Assembly: GCF_006345805.1 (NCBI RefSeq)
Contig: NC_043022.1
Span: 10,354,001-10,418,000 of the forward strand
Length of the DNA: 64,000 bases
Direction: 5' to 3'
Source: Octopus sinensis
Taxonomy: Eukaryota
The notes beneath the pieces are model-generated. The model did not search any database. It was given only the letters and a program-made list of their open reading frames with translations, and was not told where the DNA came from. Of this stretch, positions 1-13,010 are shown piece after piece. Every line of letters starts with the position of its first letter. Positions within the stretch are counted from its first letter, which is position 1. The translations under genes and the position numbers were made by a program.

Positions 1-655
1 GAGCAAGGTTGTTTATGGAAGACCAGCAGTCACCCATGCATACCGGCCTCCCCTCTCCACACCACTGATGTTATCCAAGGGAAAGGCAAAGGAGCCAATA
101 CAGCTTCGCAACTCATTTCTACAGCTGACTTAACTGGAGCAACGTTAAATAAAGTGTCTTGCTCAAGAACACAACATGCAGCCAGGTCCAGGATTCAAGC
201 TCACAACCTCACGATCGTAAGCTCAATGCTCTAACCACTGAGCCATGCACCTTCATGTAATATAGTATAATATAATATATTTACAAGGCAGCAAACAGGT
301 AGAATGGTTAGCATGCCAGGCAAAATGCTTAGCAGCATTTCGTCTGTCTTTATGTTCTGAGTTCAAATTCTGCCATTGTTGACTTTGACTTTCATCCTTT
401 TGTGGTCAATAAAATAAATACCAGTAGAGTATTTGGGGGATGGGGTCGATCTAATCGACCCATCTCTTCCCTGAAATTGCTGACCTTGAACCAAAACTTG
501 AAAGCAATATAATGTTTAACATACGTGTGCTGATGAAAGACCAGAGGCTGCAGTCCTCCAGTTTTACTAAGCCCTGTAAAAGAATTCAGAAGGTTGGGCC
601 TTCAACCAGGCCTTTCGCAATATCCTTAAAATCAGGAACATTTCAGCACCCCTTC

Positions 656-702
<47 letters not shown>

Positions 703-1397
703 CACACACATACAGGCAGATCAGATAATTATGATTTTATTCAACATACTCCTCTCTCAGATTCACATACTTATTGCAGCAGTCCTTTGGGTTTTCTAAG
801 CCCTGTAAAAGAACTCAGAAGTTTGGGTCCCCAGCCAGTCCTTTCGCAATGCCCTTAAAGCCAGGACGTTTTCAGCACCCCCTCATATAATCAGAAGAAC
901 AACAGCCTATACACTAGGCCACATACCTTCACCTGACTATAAATCATGAAAAGACAGGGTAGTCACATCTGGAAAATCTATCTTCATAATTTTGCCAGAT
1001 TATGACAAAACTGGAACTAAAACACAACACAAACCACATTATTTCATACTGCGACTGTGTGGTTAAGAACCTTGTATCCCAACCATATGGTCTTGGGTTC
1101 CATCTCACTACACTGCATTTTAAGCAAGTGAATTCCACTGTAGCCCTAGGCTGACACCAAAGCCTTGTGTGTTGATTTGGTAGATGGAAACTGAAAGAAG
1201 CCTATCAAGCATGTGTGTGTATATCTGTATGAGTATGTCTTTATTTTTCTATTTCGCCCTCACCATCACTTGACAACTGGTCTTGGTTTGTTTGCATCCC
1301 TGTAACTTAGCAGTTCAGTTGAAAGAAGACTAATAGAATAAGTATTAAGCTTAGAAGGCAAGCATTGTGGTCAATTTGTTCAACCAAGCCCTTCAAA

Positions 1398-1452
1398 GTG
1401 GTACCCAAGCATGTGGTACCCAAGTATGTGGTACCCAAGCATGTGGTACCCA
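1398..1452. repeat. 15-bp minisatellite inside a SINE
   Basis: gtggtacccaagcat repeated ~3.6 times. Confidence 0.85.
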
Positions 1453-1504
1453 GTCCAATGAAAGAAACAAGTAAAAAACAAAACCAATGCAAAAGATGTA
1501 CCAT

Positions 1505-1697
1505 TCAGTCGACGACCCACACAGACGAGAGATCATCAAATATTTCCTTACCGAATCCATTTTTGGTTGTTACTGGTTGTCGACACTGGGGACACTTTCT
1601 CAGTCTAATTTTAGAGCATTCCCTACATGTTCTTTTGTGTCCACATGGAAGGAATTTCACAGTGACCTGGTTATCTCCACACAGCACACATTTATCC
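1505..1697 (-). CDS. Gene A RING finger exon (MIB/IAP-type C3HC4)
   Basis: tattacag|G GAT AAA TGT...; EDKCVLCGDNQVTVKFLPCGHKRTCRECSKIRLRKCPQCRQPV. Either reads to the stop at 1505-1507 or splices at TTC G|gtaagg (exon end 1552). Confidence 0.85.
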
Positions 1698-2209
1698 CTG
1701 TAATAGCGTAACAGAGAATAAAATAGAATATAAAAACACAGTCTACCAACGACATGAATTCAAACCAAAAATGACATTGTGTATAAGTTTTACAGTGAAT
1801 ATTAAAATGTTAAAGGGGAAAAATTATACTGGTGTTTTTGTATTAAAGACTACAGAAATATATTTATGATACCACAATATCTATGTATATATCTGTCTGT
1901 CCATCCATCACCTAGATCTATTTATCTATCTTTCTGTCTATCTATCTATCTATCTATCTATCTATATATCTTTCTGTATCTATCTATCTTTCTGTCTATC
2001 TATCTATCTATCTATCAATCTATCTATCACCACAGGTGTGCTATTCCTGGACGTTATTCCTTCTCTGGACCTTTTCTTTCTCCTCTTTCTGATGGCTTCA
2101 GTGATACACACACACATGCATGCAGGTTATGTATGTATGTATGGCCTCAGTGACATGCGTGTGCGCACGCACGCACACACACGCCAACTTCAAAAGAATT
2201 TCCCTGATC

Positions 2210-3442
2210 GGATCTTTTCGGTTTGAACGGCAGTTTTTTAAAATAATTTCTAGGTAACTAAAAAATGTTAAACTTCGTATACTGGTAGAATGTGTTTATA
2301 AAACATCTTTTTTTCTTGGCTTTCTTGAGAAAATTCTGTAGTTTGTAAGGTCTTTAATTTCTTGCCTTTCGGCAATTTCAGCCAATCAATGACGTCTATT
2401 GAGGTGAAAACGATTTCTGCCGTAACATTTTATGGCGGCGTCATATGAAAATGTCCCCGTTTTTTATGAGAAAAAAGATACCCTGTGGCCATAAACTGAG
2501 GGGTCACTCGTAAACAGAGCTGGATAACAAAACCGTTCCCTATTTAGTGTCCACCCATAATTATGACTCTAGTTTCGATCTATTTATTGCATTTCAATCT
2601 GTTTTAGGGTTAGGGTTAGGGGTATCATTTTTTCTTCTAAAATATAAATAAACCCAATCTGTTTCTTAAACGAGGGACATTTTCATATTTCACTGCCAGA
2701 AAATTTTACGGCAGAGAATGTTGTCACCTCAATAGACGTCATTGATTGGTTGAAATTACCAAAAACAAACTACAGAATTTTCTCAAGAAAACCAAGAGAA
2801 AAAGATGTGGCAATCAATCTTTCGTCTCTAGTAAACCTTTCCGTCGATTTCCGTAAAAAACTTCTTTTTTTTTTTACATATGGGCTTGCGGGAACTTTTG
2901 AAGTAATGAGAGCGAAAGAGTCTAAGAGAAAGCGATTGTATGACGAGGGAAGTTCTTTTGAAGTTACCGTGCATGGGAAGCATTGATGTACATGTGTGTG
3001 TGTGTGTGTGTTTGATGGGGTGTGGGAGACAGACAGTATGTTGTGTAAATGAAGTGCTTCTGTTAGTGTGTGTTAAGAGACAGTAATGTATGAAAGAGAG
3101 AGATAACTGAAATTTTTTACTCGGTGTATGTGTATATGTATGTGTGTGTGTGTGTGTATGTATGTATGGCCGATTCAGTGTTTACATTATTTCGAGTTAA
3201 AACGAAAGATTACCTTTGCCTGTTTATGTAACGGTCTGCTATGTAGAAAATAATGAGGTTGACTCAATGGAATAATGACAGTGATCGAAGATATAGACAA
3301 TTTTTTTTTATTTAATCGTTATACTATTGACGAAAGATCGCCAAAGATGTTTCATAAACACATTCTACAGTATACGAAGTTTAAAAGTGTTTAGTTACAT
3401 AGAAATTATTTTAAAAAACTGCCGTTCAAACCGAAAAGATCC
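2210..3442. mobile_element. Non-autonomous DNA transposon with long TIRs (superfamily uncertain, Merlin-like termini)
   Basis: TIR ggatcttttcggtttgaacggcag at both ends; flanks ccctgatc/ccccgatc (8-bp TSD, 1 mismatch); a further terminus at 5999-6019. Confidence 0.75.
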
Positions 3443-3499
3443 CCCCGATCAAATCGCACTTTCTCTCTCTCTTTTATGCCGACTTCAAAAGGTCCCCTT

Positions 3500-5035
3500 T
3501 CCCTCCAACCACATTTGTAAAAAAATAAATATTTTTTACGGAAACCACCGATGTTATTCAGAAAAGTACCATAAGCTAGCCGAAGTGTGGCTTTGAATTT
3601 GGATAATTTAATTATCGCATGTACAGACAATGCTCCTTCCGTGACTGGAAATCGTGAAGGATTTATTGCCCTGATTTAAAAAATGTCCTATCAGATTCAG
3701 GTGCTCTCAATTGTTTTCATTGTACTTTGCACCAGCAAAATCTGTGCTAAATCGGCCATTTTAATTAACACTCTGCAAAAAGTCACCAATATTGTTAATT
3801 ATATTCGTACCAATGCAACAAGACATCGATAGTTTCGTAATATGTTGTGATTGAACGATGAGGTATTCACTGTGGATTTGCCGTATGAATCTAAAGTGCT
3901 TTGGCTCCCGCAAGGACAAGTGTTGGAAAAAGTTTTAACTTTACGCGAGCAGGTAATAAAATTTTATGAAGAACGAAATGGACAGTATGAATTATTAGCT
4001 GAAGATTTCTACAGGAATACTGCATTTCTTTGTGATATCATCTCAAAGTAAAATGACTTATTTATTTGCGAGGTAAAACAAAATCAGTTTATGACATGTG
4101 GCAAAAAAAATTCAAGCGTTTCGGAAAAAAAAGTTATGTTTTGAAAGATGTTCAAAATGAAATTTCAGGTGTACACTTTCCCCATTTAGTTAAGGTCGTT
4201 CATAACATGAAAAATTATATGAATCCGTTGATGAATATGCACGTGTTCTGGATTTATTAATTGAAGAATACAATGAAAGGTTCGCCGACGTTTCAACCAC
4301 ATCTAGTTGATGCCAAGGAGGCGCAATGGCCCAGTGGTTAGGGCAGCGGACTCGCGGTCGTAGGATCGCGGTTTCGATTCCCAGACCGGGCGTTGTGAGT
4401 GTTTGTTGAGCGAAAACACCTAAAGTTCCACAAGGCTCCGGCAGGGGTGGTGGTGATCCCTGCTGTACTCTTTCACCACAACTTCTCTCACTCTTACTTC
4501 AAAGGGCCGGCCTTGTCACTCTGTGTCACGCTGAATATCCCCGAGAACTACGTTAAGGGTACACGTGTCTGTGGAGTGCTCAGCCACTTACCCGTTAATT
4601 TCACGAGCAGGCTGTTCCGTTGATCGGATCAACCGGAACCCTCGTCGTCGTAACCGACGGAGTGCTTCCCAGTTGATGCCTGCAGGGTTCCTTAAAAGTT
4701 GCAGATGGAATTAATCGCGCTCTCAGAAGATGACATGTTAAAATCATTATTTAACCCTAAAAATAGATCCAGTTGAAGTATGGGAAACTGCAGTAGAATA
4801 TCCAAGACCTGGTCGGCATGCACGAAAAATGCTGTGCTGCTTCTCTACGACATTGCTGCGAATTTACATTTTCGTACTTAAACAAAATCCCTTAAGGTCG
4901 CAGATTACGGATGTCCATCTAGAACATCAGCTTAAACTGTGAACCTCAATGCTACACCAAACATTGAAAGGCTTTCAGACAAAAAACAGCAACATCTTAG
5001 TCACTGAAAGGTGAGTTACGTTTAGAATTAACTAT
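3500..5035 (+). mobile_element. Decayed hAT (Buster/SPIN-like) transposase
   Basis: HCTLHQQNLC motif near 3718; WLPQGQVLEKVLTLREQV and AFLCDI remnants; many stops and frameshifts. Confidence 0.7.
4315..4670 (+). mobile_element. Young tRNA-derived SINE with 10-bp target-site duplication
   Basis: A box tggcccagtgg, B box-like ggtttcgattccc; agttgatgcc at 4305-4314 and 4671-4680; older copies at ~9983-10295 and ~59030-59330. Confidence 0.85.
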
Positions 5036-6785
5036 TTTAAAGATATTTTCAAATTAGTCATTTTTCTTTAGTATTGTGATTCACTACGAAATATGCATTA
5101 AAAATTTTTTAATTTAATGCGACCTCTTGACTTAAAAGATTTCCCCTCCTTGGGTAAATAATACACGCATCCTCCGTGGTCAAGTTGTAAGCATTAATCC
5201 CACCCGTTTTCGTCGTAGCAAACCCCTAACCCTCGTGTGTGCGTATTCTTTATCTTCGCCGGCTTTATTATCTTGAAGAGCTTTGAATACAAATCAGATG
5301 GCAGGATGCTTGTTAAGGGGACATTAACCAGACTAATTTCCACTAGTTCTTCCCTACTTTGGGAAAAAGGGAAGATTTCAGTTCCAGCTGTTTATTTAAT
5401 TTCTGCTGATTTTATAAATTCCTGAAAGCATGTTTACATAAAAGAGGTTTAAGAATGATCGATATCCTGGAACATTTTGAATTCGTGTTAAACATGTCAT
5501 TACGAATGAGTACCAGGGGCGTACATTCGGGTATGCGCTGCAAACCCATCAAAAATGGCAAATTCATTATGAATATTAACGTTACTCATAAGTTTAATCA
5601 CAAATTATAAGGTAAAACTTTTGGGCAAGACTTTGTACCCCCCCCCAAAAAAAAAAACCACCCCTTCAATTTTTTTTCCTACACAAACCCCCGTTTTCGG
5701 CTACGGAGAATACGAATCTGCAAAAAAATTAGCAAAAATCGGCATTTTCAAACCCCCCCCCCCCCCCCCGCGCCACTTTTAACTTTTTTCAGAAATTTTT
5801 TTTTTTTCAAAATATGCGGAAAAATACGGAGATTATGATTCTGAAAAAAAATTTTTCTAGTTAGGGTTACGGAAAAAAGTGAAAAAAGATGAAGAAATGG
5901 GGGTGGGGGGATTACAAAATTCCGATTTTTGGCAATTTTCTGGAATCTCCATATTCGAAAACGTGGGTTCTTATTTTTAGAAAAAAGTGGAAATTTTACC
6001 GTTCAAACCGAAAAGATCCAAAACTAATAATACATTTTTAGAAGTCAGAAACAAAACTTAAGTCAGGTCAAATTTACCAAATTTGCTCAGTGAATTTTGT
6101 GAGGTTTTTGAACATTTTACGTCTCAAAGAAGAAGAATAGAACTTAAGTAATTTAAGTGTGGCACATAAAAAGCACCATTCGAGCGTGATTGTTACCTGC
6201 GTCGCCTTACTGGCACTTGTGCTGGTGGCACATGGAAAACAACATTCAAGTGTGATCGTTGCCAGTGCCGCTGGACTGGCTCCTGTTCAGGTGGCACATA
6301 AAAAGCACCATTTGAGTGTGGTTGTTGCCAGTACCACCTGACTGGCCCTTGTGCTGGTGGCATGTAAAATCACCCACTACATTCTCAGAGTGGTTGACAT
6401 TAGGAAGGGCATCCAGCTGTAGAAACTTTGCCAGATCAGATTGGAGTCTGGTGTAGACATCTTGTTCGCCAGACCTCAATCAAATCGTCCAACCCATGTT
6501 AACATGGAAAGCGGACGTTAAACGATGATGATGATGATGATTTTTCACTGTGTGTCCTGAAGAAAATCATGGCTTATGTTAGAATGCTTTTAATTTATAG
6601 GGTATTATTACGCTTACTTTGGTGTCGTATATCTGTCTCCCAAGTGAATTAATTTTACATTATTTAGATTTTGAATAGAAATATAGTTTGTATGCCTTGA
6701 GTAATACTATTGTTAGTCATAGTATGGTGAGTATGACACCACACCCAAAAATAACAACCATCTTACGTCACTGCTGAACACTTAC

Positions 6786-6958
6786 TCAGGTGAGAAAAAT
6801 CCATTTATTTTCTTCTTAAAATCTGGATCTTTTATGATGTCAAGTGGTGTCACATTGCTGTAGTTTTCATAAACTTTATTTCTTTTATCTGTTAGAAAGC
6901 GTTCCACTACTCTCCCAGGAACTTTGTCTTCCTTACTCAAGCCAAGTTTGGAGCAAAA
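6786..6958 (-). CDS. Gene A exon: divergent last ankyrin repeat and linker
   Basis: ttttatag|...CCT GA|gtaagt; FCSKLGLSKEDKVPGRVVERFLTDKRNKVYENYSNVTPLDIIKDPDFKKKINGFFSP; paralogous to 53633-53808. Confidence 0.85.
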
Positions 6959-7554
6959 CTATAAAAGATGAAATATAAAACAATGGGTATTAATTAGACT
7001 GCAATATACAATTAGCCTTTTAGCATTTAAATGGGTAACACCTGGCCTAAATATTCTACCTGTTTTACATTCGAAGAAACTAGATCCAGCTTCTCACACC
7101 TACCCTACAATGTCATTCTAAGAATACAAAAAAAAAAATCACATTGTTAAAATCTCAAAGCTACAAGATAATGAGTGATTAATTTGAAACAACATGAATA
7201 AATAAGCATTATCTGACTGAATAACCTGAATGCTAAAAGGTCAAACTGACCTTATCCAGCCCAGATATTCCCGTTTTATGTTCAAACTGGCCAGATCTGG
7301 CCTCTCACACTTACCCTTCAATGACATTCTATAAGTAAACAAGCATGTTGTCGAAATGCCAACGCTATGAGATAATGCATGATTCATTCAAAACGATGGG
7401 AATATATAATCATTATATTTGACCGAGTAATTTGAATGCTAGAGGGTTAAACTAATCACATCTGGCCCGAATATTCAACCCGCTTCATGTTCAAAACAAC
7501 CAGATCCAGCCACTCACATCTACCCCGTGACACCATTCTAAAAATAAACAAACA

Positions 7555-7950
7555 TAGGCGTAGGAGTGGCTGTGTGGTAAGTAGCTTGCTTATGAACCAC
7601 ATGGTTCCGGGTTCAGTCCCACTGCGTGGCACCTTGGGCAAGTGTCTTCTACTATAGCCTCGGGCCGACCAAAGCCTTGTGAGTGGATTTGGGAGATGGA
7701 AACTGAAAGAAGACCGTTATATATATATATATATATGTGTGTGTATGTTTGTGTGTTGTGTTTGTCCCCACCAACATCGCTTGACAACCGATGCTGGTGT
7801 GTTTACGTCCCCGTAACTTAGCGGTTCGGCAAAAGAGACCGATAGAATAAGTACTACTCTTACAAAGAATAAGTCCTGGGGTCGATTTCCTCGACTAAAG
7901 GTGGTGCTCTAGCATGGCCACAGTCAAATGACTGAAACAAGTAAATGAGT
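7555..7950 (+). mobile_element. Abundant ~400-bp tRNA-derived SINE (representative copy)
   Basis: aggagtggctgtgtggtaag...gggttcagtcccactgcgtggcaccttgggcaagtg; further copies at about 1050-1475, 15215-15585, 15597-15880, 19900-20400(-), 20821-21170, 21405-21725(-), 46030-46390(-), 47203-47530, 61362-61767(-) and 62143-62712. Confidence 0.85.
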
Positions 7951-9019
7951 AAACATAATTGAAATCTTAAAACTACAAGATAAAGCACAAACAACTACAA
8001 CTATTTGAATATATAAAAATTGCATTTGACAGAGTAAACTAAACAGATAACCTCAATACACACCCACACATAAATATATGTGGTGGACTCCCCTGTCGTA
8101 ATCAAGGGATGAGTTTCCCAACTTCTTGCTGAACACCCTCTACATATGATTTTTTTTTATGGCAATCAATATAAGTTTGATATATAAGTTTTATTAGAGG
8201 TTTATGTTAACCTCATGAAGGGATGGTTTCTTCCTAGGAAACTTAGCAGTTTGGCAAAAGAGACTAATAGAATAAGTACTAGGCTTGCAAAGAATAAGTC
8301 CTAGGGTCGATTTGCTCGACTAAAAGCAGTGCTCCAGCATGGCCACAGTCAAATGACTGAAATGAGTAAAAGAGTAAAGAGTATATATATATATATATAT
8401 ATGAGTGGACAAATGAGAGAGAGGGCACTCAACATATCTATTGGGAGTTACATGTATTATTCAAAACAGTTTGACTCGGATTCCCTGCTACTTCAATGAT
8501 GTGACTGTTTATTTTGGGAACAACATTGTGAGTTAGGTGTAAGAAGCCAGTGTTGGTCAGCATGAACATAAAACAGGTAGAATCTTTGGATCAGATATGG
8601 CCAGTTTAACCTTTTAGCATTCAGACTTCTCCCTCAAATATAATGCTTATCTGTTCACACTGTTTTGAATTAATTTGGATGATGTGGTTGTTTATTTTTA
8701 GAATGACATTGTTGAGCGGCTGACCTGATCTGGTGTGAGAAACTTGATCGGGTCAGCTTGAACTCAAAACTGGCTGAATATTTGGGCTGGATATGGCTGG
8801 TTTAAATGCTAAAGGGTTAAAAATGGTATTGTCAGTTTGGTGGTCAGTTTGACTGTGGCTTCTGTCACACCACTGCCCTTGCCAAAGCCACCACCATCAC
8901 AGCCACTGATACCATCATCATCATAATGTACTGTACTTCTTTATTGAAACTTTAAGGGCTGATATAGTGAATTAAGTCAAGCTCCTTCCCAATATATTGA
9001 TGGTAAAAAAAAACGGGTA

Positions 9020-9347
9020 AAGAACCCCTTCAGTCATGAATGACCATGAGATTGCATCTAGAAAGTTCCCCTCCAAAGCTCGAATCTGGGCAAAGTTGTT
9101 TCTGGAAGTCCATGCATACCAGTCCCCCCTCTACACACCACCAATGTTGTCCAAGAGAAAGGCAAAGGGGCCGATACAGCTTGGCACCTGTGATGTTGCA
9201 ACTCATTTCTACAGTTGAGCGAACTGGAACAACATGAAATAAAGTGTCTTGCTCAAGAACACAACACACAGCCCAGTCTGGGAATCGAACTCACTACCTC
9301 ATGATTGTGAGCCTGATTTTCTAACTGCTGAGGCATGTACCTTCACT
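9020..9347 (-). mobile_element. Second tRNA-derived SINE family (also 1-255 and ~46940-47135)
   Basis: Recurrent near-identical segment with A/B-box-like head on the minus strand. Confidence 0.7.
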
Positions 9348-9446
9348 GTGGATGGTACTTTGTTTATAATAATATTGAAGGGCAATGAATAAGATCAATA
9401 AATCTATAAAATCACATAACTCTAGAGAATGTATGTGTTAACTAAC

Positions 9447-9483
9447 CTGGGTGAGCATCAAGGCCACTACATCATAGTGTTGC
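9447..9483 (-). CDS. Gene A 37-nt micro-exon completing an ankyrin repeat
   Basis: ctttcag|G CAA CAC TAT GAT GTA GTG GCC TTG ATG CTC ACC CAG|gttagt gives LAVLG-QHYDVVALMLTQ; same size and phase as 59843-59879. Confidence 0.85.
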
Positions 9484-10508
9484 CTGAAAGTTAAACAGAA
9501 AGATAACATTAAAACTAAAAGTTGCATTTTTACAGATATTGAGATAATTAATTATTAGATTAATAATTGATGAAAACAAACATAAACAAGAGCAATGTAA
9601 AAGCAAGGTTAACCTAGGTGGTATTTGAACTGAGAACTGGTCAGGTTCTGTCTTGACAGCAGAAACTATGAAGATGTTCGCTCCTTAATAAAGTATATTT
9701 ATCGAGTTCCATAATGAAAAACCCAATATAATGACCTAAAGTGAGTTACAGAATAAAACCTTTTGATATTGGGTCACCTAGCACTGCTCCAGGTTGTATG
9801 ATACAAACTTCATGGTTTAAAATGATCTAAAGTACATTCTTCCATCAAACTCTGATGCTTAATAATCACAAAGTTATTTTGATACATTCTTCATTGTTTT
9901 CAAACTTAACTGAAATGAAGGTTGCAGTGAAGTAAAATTCTGTTAACTGTTCATGAGTGTTGTGCATTCATTATATACAGCCAGGCGCGTGGCTTACTGG
10001 TTAGGGGCATTCGGCTCATGATCGTAAGGTCATGAGTTCAATTCCTGGTGGTGCGTTGTGTCCTTGAGCAAGACACTTTATTTCACGTTGCTCCAGTCCA
10101 CTGAGTTGGCAAAAGTGAGTAGTACCTGTATTTCAAAGGGTCAGCCTTGTCACATTGTGTCACGCTGAATCTCCCTGAGAACTGCATTAAGGGTACACGT
10201 GTCTGTGGATTGCTAGCCACTTGCACGTTAATTTCACGAGCAAGCTGCTCCGTTGATCATATCAGCTGGGACCCTCGTCATCACGGAGTGTTCCTACTAC
10301 ACAGCCAGAACCCAACTCAATTACCAGTATCTCATCCTACTTCATCCTACGTCTATCTTGACAACAGAAACAAAGGCAGTATATTTGAACAGAAATTTGG
10401 TAACAAAATCATTAATGACTCTACAAAAACAAAAACAAACATTATTGAAAATATGAAATTAAAGAGAAAAGAAACAGATGTGAATATTCCAGATTCTTGT
10501 TGACTTAC

Positions 10509-12052
10509 CCTAAAACTGCCAGATGTAGAGGTGTGCTACCATCGTTATTCATCACATTGACATCAGAAGTAAACTTTATCAACGTCGCAACTGTAGCAAT
10601 GCGACCACCCCTACAGGCCAGGTGTAAAGGTGTGTTACCATTACTGGTCAGCACATTGATATCAGGTTTAAACTCCATTAACCGCTTTGCTATGAGATTA
10701 TCTCCATGGTGACAGACCAGATGTAAAGGTGTAATGCCTTTCTTGTCTGCTACATTGATATTAGGTCTGGATTGTAGGAACACCTGTAGAGTATCACTGT
10801 GTCCACAATGACACACCTCATGTAGAGGTGTGTGACCGTACTTATTCCTTAGATTAACATTAGGTTCTGAAAGTATTAACTCTCTAACTGTGTCACTATG
10901 TCCACCTCGACAAGCCACATGTAGGGCTGTATCACCATATTTATTCGTCGCATTGACATCAGCTTTAAGCTGCATTAATACTTTCAGAATGTCCCTGTGC
11001 CCACCACAGCAAGTCACATGCAGCGGTGTATTGCCATTTTCATCCTCCGTATTGACATCAGGCTTAGAGGAAGTTGTCAACAACTTCACGATGGCAGTGT
11101 TTCCACTACCACAGGCCATGTGCAGAGGTGTGGAGCCAAACACATTCTGCGCATTGACATCAGGGGTAGACTTCATCAACAGTGCAACTAAACCACTGCA
11201 TCCACCACCACAGGCCAAGTGCATAGGTGTGTTACCATCATTGTTTGTCATCCTGACATCATGTTTAGATGCTAACAACATCTCTACCATGTTGTGATGT
11301 CCTCCTAAACAGGCCAAGTGCATAGGTGTGTTACCATCATTGTTTGTCATCCTGACATCATGTTTAGATGCTAACAACATCTCTACCATGTTGTGATGTC
11401 CTCCTAAACAGGCCAAGTGCATAGGTGTGTTACCATCATTGTTTGTCATCCTGACATTATGTTTAGATGCTAACAACATCTCTACCATGTTGTGATGTCC
11501 TCCTAAACAGGCCAAGTGCAGGGGTGTGTTACCATCGTTGTTCTTCATCCTAACATCGGGTTCAGATGCTAACACCATCTCTACCATGTCATGATGTCCT
11601 CCTAAACAGGCCAAGTGCAGGGGTGTGTTACCCTCTTTGTTCACCGCATTCGCATCAGGTTTAGATTGCAGGAACATTTTTACTGCACTACTGTGCCTGC
11701 CACGGCAGGCCACATGTAGAGGTGTGTCACCATAAATATTTGCTACATTGGCATCATGTTTGGACTTCAACAACAACTCCACTATGTCAATTTTTTCACC
11801 TTCAGAAGCTACATGAAGTGGTGTGTTACTATACTTATCCCCCACATTGACATCAGGTGCTGACCTCAACAACATCTCCACCATTTCAATTTGTCCACGA
11901 CCACAAGCCACATGTAGAGGTGTTCCTCTACACATTTTATCCACCAAATTGATATCAGCTCCACCTTGCAGCAACAGTTCTACCATGTCAACATTTCCAA
12001 CACTGACAGCCCTATGTAAAGCTGTTCTACCTCCGGGGTCTTCTTCATTGAT
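10509..12052 (-). CDS. Gene A large ankyrin-repeat exon (1544 nt, 16 TPLH-type motifs)
   Basis: tttttcag acceptor at 12053-12054, GG|gtaagt donor at 10507-10508; covers the 493-aa ORF with GxTPLHxAC motifs at ~33-aa period. Confidence 0.95.
11211..11632. repeat. In-frame 99-bp tandem repeat (~4.3 near-identical ankyrin units)
   Basis: caggccaagtgca recurs at 11211, 11310, 11409, 11508 and 11607. Confidence 0.95.
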
Positions 12053-12244
12053 CTGAAAAAGAGACGTTAAAATGGTGTGAAGAGGAGAGGAAAAGTGTGA
12101 GTAGAAGTGAAATGGGAGGGAGAGTCTTTGAAGGAAGCAGGTGCAGACAGAGAAGAGCAGGTGAGAGAATTAGAATAACAAGAGGAAACAAGTGGTAGGA
12201 GAGAGAGAGAAGAAATAATAATAATAATAATAATAATGAAATTA

Positions 12245-12850
12245 TTGTATACAGTGCTCAGGTGCACCACAACTTGTCAGAAAGTGCGTATAGAGTATAT
12301 GCAGTAATGTACAAATGTTTGGAAAGTGAACAATGTATGAGTCAGATACATGCTTGTGTGTGTATGGAGGGGAGAAAATCACGTGTAGTGTTGGCGAATC
12401 TCAGAAAGCATGGAAATTTTGAAGGATGCAGGGTTCCGACAACTAACAACTGATGCCGGCAGTTTGTTCCATGCTTCAGCAACTCTCAGTGTGAAAAAAT
12501 GTTTCCTAAAGTCATGGGAGTTGTGCTGTTTTCTGACTTTGTAAATATGTCCACGGGTGCTAGACGGGTGGAGTTTGAAAAGGTGCTCAGAGTTATTGTT
12601 TGTAAGATGGTTGATAATTTTATGGGTGTCTGCCAAGTCAGCTGCCAGACGTCGGAGTTTCAATGTGTCCATGCCCTGGGAAGTAAGGCGTTCAGAATAT
12701 GGCAAATGCCTGATGGAGGGTATTCTTTTGGTTGCACGTCGCTGAACGGCTTCCAGACGATTGATATCCTGGGCAAGATAGGGGTTCCAGACCGGTGATG
12801 CAAATTCCAGGTGAGGTCTTACCATAGCTATATATAGCTTACCAAAGTTA
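12245..12850 (-). mobile_element. CR1/L2-group LINE 3' fragment
   Basis: LYIAMVRPHLEFASPVWNPY...LEAVQRRATK...TRGH...FFTLRVAEAWNKLP. Confidence 0.85.
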
Positions 12851-13010
12851 TATAAATGTAAGGGGAAGAGTGAGATAGAGAAGTAGAGGGAGAGAAATCT
12901 AAGGGAAGCTAAAACAGTCATACTTTTATGTGTGTGTGTATTTATTTACATATACATAAGCACACACACACATCCAGTTTAGACAAGATGAATGTTCTTT
13001 AGGAAAATTG

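Noticed and set aside
925-1016. Exon-like segment (ttttag ... gaag|gtatgt) downstream of the gene A RING exon
   Set aside because: Stops in all three frames and no death-domain similarity; could only be a terminal or UTR exon and is unsupported
4315-4395. tRNA gene
   Set aside because: It is the tRNA-derived head of a SINE that has a body and TSD
10890-11297. Plus-strand ORFs overlapping the ankyrin exon
   Set aside because: Antisense shadows of a repetitive coding exon
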